Shown here piece after piece: positions 1 to 10,340 of a DNA stretch of 64,000 bases. This stretch comes from Okamejei kenojei (lineage: Eukaryota): the NCBI GenBank assembly GCA_035221665.1, contig CM069145.1, positions 42,532,001 through 42,596,000 of the forward strand. Direction: 5' to 3'. The translations under genes were made by a program, and so were the position numbers. The notes beneath the pieces were generated by a model. That model ran no database searches, had not been told where the DNA came from, and saw nothing but the letters and a program-made list of their open reading frames with translations. Every line of letters begins with the position of its first letter. Position 1 is the stretch's first letter.

Positions 1-1475
1 GGCTACAAAGTATTTTCCCAGTGATCTCTGTTTGCAAAGGAAATTTGGAAACTTGCTAGAAACTGGAAGTTGTGTTGAGAGTAAGCAGTGTTGTGGTTCC
101 AGGCCTTCAACTGGTATGCAAATACAGATTCAACTTTTTCCAATATACACCCAAACCATACAGAAAACTCGCCAGCCACCAGCAAATGAAAAGAAGAATT
201 GAAGAAGGGTTTCGGCCCAAAACGTTGCCCATTTCCTTCGTTCCATAGATGCTGCTGCACACGCTGAGCTTCTCCAGCACTTCGGTCTACCCCAAAATAA
301 TTGATAACTTCAGTCCCATCCAGAGTACCATTATGTATTTGAGTTAATATGATTGCTGCAAATGTAACTTGGATTTAAAAGCCTACTAGACTTGAAGAGA
401 TTATTGATGAGAAGAGAACATGGGTGTTATCTGTATAACTGAAACTTGGAGTCGATGCCTTGCTTTAAGACGATCTTGGTCTTGTTTTACCTCTTGGGAA
501 ATATTTCCGTCCAACGTCTTGAATGGTGGACCCTGGTGTGAATTTTACATCCTTTGGAAGAAGCGAGCTGAACAGGCAAAGATGGCTGGAAAGATGTACG
601 TACAAGGCCTGCTGGCCTGGAAACCCTTCTGTCGGACAAGGGTGAGCTGGGGAAACTAGTTGCCTGCTGCTTACAGCCTGGTCCTGCCCAGCTTCAGTTT
701 GTTGACTATAGGGCTTTTCCTGTGGTAGTTTTTATTGTTGGACCTCGCTGATAATACAAGAACTGAAGGATGCCATACGTTGCCGTGAGTACTCAGCGAT
801 TGACAAGCCTTGCCCTCATTGAAAGACACACAACCTGCAAATGCTGGAAAATCTGAAATCATAAATAAAGAGTTGAAAATACTCAGCAGATTCAGGCAGA
901 GATCGTGAGAATGAAACATTGTGTTTCTCTTATCGAACCATTGCTGGAGTATTTCCAGCCTTTACTTTTTAATTGAAGCTTATAACTATTTTTGATTTGT
1001 AACCAGCATAGGTTAAAGGTTTTCCTGTTTAAACAAACAAATCTACGTACCAAATGTCATCTGACAAGAGGAGCCAAAATGTGACTTCATTATAAGTTAA
1101 GGATTGCTTAGGGCTGCAATGGGACTTTAGGGGCATCCTTTCAATATCCAATGTAGCCAAAACAGCATGGCAAAACTAGGAACTATTCCGTGCACATTTT
1201 GTAAATAAAGCATTTTGTAAAGAGCCACAGTCAAACATTTCTCTATTGATGGTTGCATTTGATGGGTTAAAAGACGACTGTTTCGTATTAAAACTTTTCT
1301 AAAGAAGAGTGGTGGGGATCATTTCAGCCCTAACCTCATGCCAGGTAGTCCAGTTCAGAGAGGGTAATTCTTGCTGCGCACTTTTTCAATTGAGAAGGTG
1401 GTGTTTTGCTTTTGTGGAAAAATAAGACCACAGGAAGCCCCTACGTAACATTCTCCGCTTGGATCTGATCAACAG

Positions 1476-1561
1476 GGTGTCGTAGTCAATCTTCAGCACA
1501 GTTCTTGAGTGGCGACCAAGAACCCTGGGCCTTTAGAGGTGGTCTAGCAGGAGAGTTTCAG
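1476..1561 (+). CDS. OGA: OGA exon (equivalent to human exon 11)
   Basis: aacag|GG TGT CGT...TTT CAG|gtatt; [29 protein letters not shown]. Confidence 0.93.
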
Positions 1562-4500
1562 GTATTCTACCAATTCCCAATGACTGATGTTATTTTTTCT
1601 TCATTTTGAAAGAGAAAGCATTGTGCAAAAGGAAAGGATTGGTCTGTTGATGGCTAGCTGGTTTCCTTGACAGAATTTGGTACACTTTGGTACTGGCACT
1701 AATTTGTTTTCTTTTCAGTTTGGAAGGAGATGTTGGAATCCCACTGCGCCTGCGCGCGCTGCAAATTTTAGTTGACGTGTCGTTGATCAAAACGTTCCTT
1801 TGCAGGTTGCGCAACATTTACTGAGCGCTGCGCAGCTTGCTTCCACCTCGAAGTTCCATGAACCGCGAAGGCCAAGTAATGAAGTGAACATTCAGCCTCT
1901 AAAATGTGTTGGGGGTGGAGGGCGGGCGGGAGGAACGCACCGAGACACCTACATAAGCACACTAAGTTATAACTCGCCTTGCCATTGGTGCCTAATGGAC
2001 TCGAATGGGAGGGTCGATGGACAAGGATGTTTTCTATCCAGACTGCTGAACTTCCTTGGTTTTTCCTCAAAGGTTCATGGAGCTTTGTTGCGCTGTTTTG
2101 TTTTCTCCTCTACAGGTGCTTTTGCGCGCAGCCTGTGATACCGCGCTTGCGATGAAACTTTGGGTGCACTGCTTCGACAGCCAGTTAACCCTCTCCAGAC
2201 CAAACCTCCTCCCCACACATTCCTTGCCCCCCCACCCCCCAGACCCTTCAAAAGAGATTATTTGGCCTTTTTAAAAAAAAAAATAAAAATAAAACAACGA
2301 TTTCCATAGTAATTGGCACCTCCCTGGCTTCTTTGCTGCCGCAGACACTCTGCGTCACGTCCAGTGACTGGAATTGGTTCCAGCAACTTTGCTGCTCGTG
2401 ATGCTTTACATGGTGCCTTCAGCAGCAAATGAGTTTGAGATTGGAAGGTATGTTGTATGGAGCAGATACAGATGTCCCAAAGTTGTTGCAGAGCAGTACT
2501 GACTAAGCTGTTTGTTCTTCGCAGCGTTTGTTGCCCATTGAAGGGGCAAACGACCTCTTCTACCAACCACCGCCACCCATGCCGACGTCAAAGGTCTATG
2601 CCATCAGGCCATACTTCCCAAAGGACGAGGTAAGAGACATTTTCATCTCAACGACATCATCCAGACACTCTTAAATCCTGACATTTTGTGTTTGTGTAAA
2701 CTAAGAAGGGTCCTGACCCGAAATGTCACCTATACATAAGGTAGACAAAAAATGCTGGATTACATGTCTGTAGAAATGGAATAGCTGACTTTTCGGGTCG
2801 GAACCCTTCTTCAGACCATGCTACCGCCATCTTAAGACGGCTGATCTCTGAAGCTATGCAGGCACAGGCCTGGTCAGTACTTGGATGGGAGACCGCCTGG
2901 GAATATAGGGTGCGAACAGTATTTTGTGGCTAGCTTCCATATAAACCAACATCTTCAGTCCTTCCTATACATATGTCACCTATCCATGTTCTCCAGAGGT
3001 GCTGCGATACTCCAGCTCTCTGCGGTGTGGATGGCAGACAGTGGCTTCTCATCCAAGTCACATTCTCCTGTGTAACTATTAGGAAAAAAAAACTGCTGAA
3101 AGAGCTCGACAGGTCAGGCAGCATCTGTGGATTGAAGTGGATAGATGACATTTAATCAGTTTACGGAATGATCCCGACCTGAAACATCGCCTCTCTTCCT
3201 TCCACAGACACTGTCTGACCTACTGAGTTCCTCCAGCACTTTGTTTAGCTCAAGATTCCATTGCCTGCAGTTTCTTGCGTGCTCCCTCCGACTGCCAGTG
3301 TTTACTGTCCAACTTCAGATATTCATACCCTGAGGACCTTCAATGTCCTCGAGGGCTTTGCAGTTTTGACAGTCTGAAGAAGGGTCCCGACCCAAAATAT
3401 CATCTGTCCATTTCCCTCCCCAGAGGTTGCCTGACCCACAGAGATAAACCAGCACTTTGTGTTTTGCTCAAGATTCCTTCACCAGTTCCTTGTGTTTCCG
3501 CGTAACTACAGACGTTTGTTTTTCTTGTGTCATTGCTGTCCATGCACAGAAGCCACTTTGATTTGATGCTATTATCTCCATTTGCTACAGTTATTGAATC
3601 AGCTGGTCTTGAGAAAGCAGCTGCTGCTTGTGCAGAATATTTGACTTTAGCGTCTGCATCCTTTCCTCTTGGTCTTGCAAAACATTTTAATCCCTCGGAA
3701 ATGGGATCTTACAAGGCAATATTCTGACTATTATCACTCAGAAACCGTGTTCAATTTATATTCGTGCTGTATCTTTACATTTTTTAGATGTTAAGCATTA
3801 TCATCTCCTTTTGACCATCTCTTCTGTGGATATCGTTGTTGTTTCTTCTAAATTGCTAGGTCAGTTACTTTAGCCAACCAAGTTCACTCCAACCAGCGAT
3901 CACCCCTTATACTTGCACTATCCTACACACTAGGGGCAATTTACAATTTTTACCAAAGTCGATTAATCTACAAACCTGCACGTCTATGGAGTGTGGGAGG
4001 AAACCGGACCACCAGGAGAAAAACCCACGCAGTCACAGGGAGAGAGTTCCAACTCTTGTCAGCCTGTAGTCAGGATCGAATCCGGGTCTCTGGCGCTGTG
4101 TGGCAGCAACACTGCCGCTGCTGCAGGACTCGGGAGTGCAACAAGTGGCGTAATTGTAGCATTCGTACACTTCAAGGGTCAGTCCAGTTGTACCCTCTTT
4201 ACTGTTCTCTTTACTGTTCAACACAGAACGAGATGCAAACTCAATGGGTGAGGAAATTTGATTAATGTGACTACTAAGGTTTTCTTTAATTATCCAAAAG
4301 TGATCAGTTTATTAAACGTTCAACATAGAATTACTTTTGGAGACTTTTTTTAAAAGCCTTGGTACAGTTACATGAATCAATGAGAATTCACTTTCCATTT
4401 TTGTAATGGCACACTGGCTGAATCAAATCTGGCAATGTCATACAGCATGGAAACATCTTGTCAATCCCAACCTAAGTTAATCCCATTTGCCTGCACTCAG

Positions 4501-7500
4501 CCCATACCCCTCTATACCTTTCCTAAGACATAGCAGAATTGGGCCACTCCGCCCATCGTGTCTGTTCCGCCATTCGATCATGGCTGATCCATTTTTCTCT
4601 CTGCCTCATTCTCCTGCATTCTAACACTTGACACCGTTGCTAATCGCCGTTTTAAAAGTATCCAATGACTTGATCTCTGCCATCGTCTGTGGCAATGAAT
4701 TCCACAGATTCACCACTCTCTGTCTAGAGAAATTCTTTCCTAATCTTTGGATTGGATGTGGCCCAGAAGCTGGACCCGCTATTGAGCGATTGCTGATAAG
4801 TGTACACGATTATTGTGTTCAGATTCGTGAAGGAAAGACAAATGCATTGGTGACTGGGTTGCAGTCTCTATCTCCAAAAAAAATTAATTGCCTATCGGGC
4901 TCTTCGTGTTCTGCAAATAAGTAAATATTCTTAATTAATTTTATGGCTCCTGTTTTGGGAAGAAGCAGAATTGGCCAGTTTGCTTTGGTAGGACCTTCGA
5001 TTATTGAAACTACCCGACTCGTTCGACTGCTTCCTGGCACCCAGTGCTTGGTTAATCTGTGTAGAATAGTGATTAACATACTCTTTACAGGTAAAAGAAC
5101 CTGGGGAACCTGGGATGCTATATGATGGATTTGTCCTTATACAGGTGGAAATCACCATTGATATGAATTTACTTGGTAAGTTCTATCAGATTGGCCAGTT
5201 ATTTTTTAAACCGAGTTACAGTCAACATTTGGAACCGAGATGCATGTCCGAGTAGTGAATCTGCACATGTGTACAAACCTAACTTCAATCCTTGGTTTGT
5301 TCTATTAGTCTCTGGATAATGAATATTTGGTTCATTGGTCCAGAGAATCGCAAACAATATATAGTGTTAAAGCTGAGAGCTTTGTCCAAGTCGGGCGACC
5401 GGTTTTGTTGGTGGTGGAAGTCCCACACCACCAGGTTCCTGGACTGACCTGCATATCCCTTACCCTACTCGGCAATGGAACACTACGGACCACCTCTTGC
5501 ACTGCTATGGACTTGTATTTCTTTCTAATTATATTTTTGCACTAATGTCTTGTATTTTTGCACAATCTTTTTCTTTAGAATTGTATGTAATATAGTTTGT
5601 TTGTTTGGGTTTATGTGCCTTTGCTGCAGCAAGCAAGATTTGTCATTGTACCTGAACCTTGCCATACCCGTGTGTGTGACAATAGCCAACCTTACCATTA
5701 TTGTCCACACTACAGGACCTGAAATCCTGGTAGAGTTGTCTTGAGACATTTCGAGTTAATGTTGAGTATCAACATTTTCAATTTACAATCAGAAAATCTA
5801 TAAGACATCGGAACCAAATTAGGCCGTTCGGCCCATCAAGTCTTCACCATTCGATCTTGGCTGATCTATCCTTCCCTCTCAACCCCATTCTCCTGCCTTC
5901 TCCCTGTAACCTTAGGTTTGGCTCATTCGTTATTGAGCCCTTTAATCCAGGGGGAAATTATTCCTTGTGCGTGAATCATCGGGAAGTAGTATACTGCGGC
6001 AAAGTTGGGCAGATTTCTCACCTGATGTGTGCATTTGTGCCACTCCTCTTCTTGGCATTCAAGACCAAGTTGGATTAAGTAGTCCCTCACTACCAACTAT
6101 CTTTAATTGCAACCAGGAAAATATTGCAAAGACCTTACTGCTCTGTGTGTTTAATTTCCTGAGACCCGCGTAGCTTGAGAACGGCAGACACTGCGAATAA
6201 GACCGGCAGTTTTAGCAGCTACAGTTGTGCCATATATACGCACGTGGAACAGTGGCAAAACATCTGGCCTGTCCCCAGATGTGGCACTGGAACTGGGGAT
6301 AAACACGTCACTCTTTGAGCTCTCCTTCAATGCAAATTCATCTCCCATAACTTGGCAGCCAGCACTGATGTTTGGCAATAATCGCACCGATATATATGCA
6401 AAAACTGTATTCCACTGTACCTTGGGTGCAAGTGACATAAAAGAACCATACAACCATAGGAATGACATCTCCTATTGTAGATACGCACAAAACGCTGGAG
6501 TAACAGCAGGTCAGGCTGCAGCTCTGGAGAAATGACTGCTAAGGAACCACATTCTGAAAACTTCCCTCTCTGAACCACTCATCTTTAAAAAGCTTCATAA
6601 AACGTTTTTTACATGTGCTGTGTAAAACTTTATCTAACAGTCCACTGAAGATGTACCAAAATATCTAAAGAGTAGATCAATTTACTGATGTTACAATGGT
6701 ACGAGACGGCCTTCAGACGTCGGAAAACGCGTGTCATTACTTAAAGGCAACACAATTGCTAAAGATTTTAAGGCATCTTAAGTAACAGCTAGTGGTTTGG
6801 GCTTATTATGTCACCTGTTTGGAGAAACGGTGAAAAGCTCCGGGTCGGGATCCTTCAGCCTGATCACACTCCTATTGTACTTGCCCCTCGTTAAGTGGTT
6901 ACTGACAGGGTAGGATTATCGTGCTGCACAATGCTGACAATAAGTAAACATTGTACAGAGTTTGTTTACATATCTGTTGTGCTGATGCAAGTAAGAAACT
7001 CCTTGTTCCGTTTCGGGACATATGACAATCAAACACTCTCGATTCTTGATATTTTGTGCTCTATATCCTCCCCTTTGCTCTACCTATTGTACTTGATTTG
7101 TATTTATGTATAGTATATGTGACCTGGATAGTGTGCAAAACAAAGCTCGTCTCCGTACCTCTGAACAGGTGTCATAATGAACCAAACCATTTGGATCACT
7201 AGCCTTTAAGTACACTGCATGCGTTTTCCGATCTCTGAAGGCTGTCTCGTACTATTGTAACATCAATAAATTGATCCACTCATTAGATATTTTGGTACAT
7301 CTTCGAAAGAACTGTTAGATAAAGTTTTACACAGCCGCATGTGACAAAACACTTGCTGCCATAGGTACGTTTTGTGAAGCTTTTTAACGCTGAGTGGTTT
7401 AGAGTGGGGAGTTTTCAGACCCTGGTTCCTTGACAGCTGAAAGTGTGGCCACCTATTATAGAGGCACAAAGTGACAAAGTGACTCTAACGGGTCAGGCAG

Positions 7501-10255
7501 CATCTCTGAAGAACATGGATAGCTGATGTTTCAGGTTGGGACCCTTCTTCAGGCTGATTCCAAGGGTGGGAGGGGAAAAAGGCTTAGAGTGGAGGGGCAA
7601 ACAGGGCATACCAGGTCTTAGGTGAGCATGGGGGGTGGGAATTGTGGGACAAAGGATGAACACGCAAGAGTTGGGAATTGTGAAGCATGGGGTTTGACTC
7701 GTGACTGAGTGATTGAAGTGTGACTCGTTTAGGAATGTAATGGAGGGGGAAGAAAGAGATGAGTGCCAGGGCTCGAGACGTGCAGTGGAAAAGGGGGGGG
7801 GGGGGGGGATTATAGGGAAGAAAGGGGAGGGGAGGAGGTTTTTGCAGAGGTTACCTAATGTTGGAAAATTCCGTGTTTGACCGTCCAACTTTAGGATATT
7901 GTATTTCAGGTACAGGGAAGGTGCAGATAAAAAACAAAGGGGCAAGGGCTGCAATCAGGTATATTTTGACTAGATGCTTAGCGCATGGGAGGCTCATTCA
8001 AGATTGATTCATGAACATCTTGTAGGCAAGATGTTCCTGAATCTGGTGGCGCGTGCTTTCGAACTTTTGTACCTTCTGCCCGACGGGAGAGAAGAGGGAA
8101 TTACGCTCTTGGGCAGAACCAATGCAAAGGATGCTTTCTACAGTGCATCTGTTGAAGTTAATAATTCATTGGAAACGTGCCAAATTTCCTTAGTCTTCTT
8201 AGTGTTGGCGTGGTTGTACATGTTGTTGGACTTAAGTTTATGTTTATAAATCACAGGAGCAGAAATATTCATAAATCACACGATCACCATCTACTCCACC
8301 ATTCAATCATAGCTGATCTATCCTTCCCTCTCAACCCCATTCTCCTGCCTTTCTCACCAGAGATATCCCGATATCTTTACTAATCAAGTATCTGCCAATC
8401 TCTGCCTTAAAAAATATCCGATGATTTGGCCTCCACTGATATCTGTGGCAATTAATACCATAGATTCAACACCCTCTGACTAAAGAAATTCCTCCTAGTC
8501 TCCTTTCTAAAAGTACATCCATTTATTCATTTTAATTGGAAATTCACAGCAGGTAAATATATCCATCAGTTTTCCTCTATCTTTCAACTAAATGTACAAG
8601 GAGGATCCATTAGCCTCAAAAGGGCCTTGACAAATTGACCCCAATCCCAAATCTATTTGACTACATTGAATTGTTTCCATGACTATGCGGTGATAACTGG
8701 ATATTGTGATTTTTCTGGTTGCATTTCACACAAATGAAAGGATCAAACACCTGTATTTTGCCAGTGTGTCGGACAGTCCCCTCATAATGTGTTACAGAAC
8801 TATTTATTAACCGGCTTTTTTTTTATCCGCAGGCCTCGGTGTACAAGATCTGTAAGGAAATGTATGATGATGAAATGGATGCCGACTTGATGTCTGATCA
8901 GCCAGATATCATCGGTGATAGGTGAGGGTGTGTGGTGCGGAGAGTACTGGTCTCAGCTGGTGTGTGAAACAGCACAGGAACAGGTCCTTTCGCCCATAAT
9001 GTCTGTATCAACCAACCCTCATGTGCATGCACATAATCCACATCCCTCCATTCCCTGCATATTCATATGCCTATCCAAAAAGTCTCTTAAATGCCACTAT
9101 TGTATGTGTCTCCACAACTACCCCTAGCAGCACATTCCAGACACTCAACACCCTCTGTACCTTTTTTAAAAAAACCCACAAATTTGCCCAACATATCTCC
9201 TTTAAACTTTTCCCCTGTAAACTTAAACCATTCCCTCTGGTATTTGATATTCAGTTAAATATTCGATATTCGGTTAACTTCCCCATCCCATTCCCAATAT
9301 GACCTTTCTGTCCTGGGCCTCCTCCATTGTTAGAGTGAGGCCCAGCGCAAATTGGAGGAACAGCCACCTAATATTTCGCTTGGGTAGCTTACACCCCAGC
9401 GGTATGAACATTGACTTCTCTAACTTCAAGTAGCCCTTGCTTTCCCTCTCTCCCCATCCCTTCCCAGTTCTCTGAACAGCCTTACCGTCTCCAACTACAT
9501 TTTATCTCTGTTGCACCCACTCTCCTGACATCAGTCTGAAGAAGGGTCTCGACCCAAAATGTCACCTATTCCTCTTGAGAGATGCTGCCTGTCCTGCTGC
9601 GTTACTCCAGCATTTTGTGTCTATCTTCGATACAAAAACTTGGCAGCATGAATCACCAGATTCAGGAGCAGCATCTTCCCCACTACTGTCTGACTACATT
9701 CAGTAGTTGCAGTCTCTCTCCCACCTCATTCTGGACCTTGTACTTTTTCTAACTGTAACACTGCAGGCCTGTAACACTACTTTATGCACTCTTTGTACTT
9801 GTGTGTGATTGATGGTACTCATGTACAGTATTGACTGGATAGCACACAGTTTTTCATTGCATCTTGATACATGCAACAATATACCAATACTTGTCATTCC
9901 TTTTAAAATGTATGTGACTGGATCTTGGCTCGGGGAAATATTTTCTCTGTTTCTATGCTATTGAACCCTCTGAGACGCTGACATCTTTAGATATGGGCAT
10001 GTTGGTCGGTGTGGGCAAGTTGGGTCGAAGGGCCTGTTTCCACACTCTATGACTATCTTGCATAAAGTAGCTGAAGATTGCTTTCCATTGTTGTGTTGCA
10101 ACAACCATCAGGCTCTTGAACATCATGAACTCCCAACTAAACTGCAAACTGCCCGTGTTGTACTAGGCTCTTAGGGAATATTTGTTTAGAGATACAGCGC
10201 AGAAACACGCCCTTCAGCCCACCGTGTCTGTGCCGACAAACCCTGCACATTAACA

Positions 10256-10340
<85 letters not shown>

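Noticed and set aside
400-460. TGATGA...CTGA as a possible intronic C/D snoRNA
   Set aside because: Too short, no terminal stem and no recognisable guide sequence
6151-6578. Overlapping ~100-aa ORFs on both strands in an OGA intron
   Set aside because: No recognisable domain, start context or splice structure
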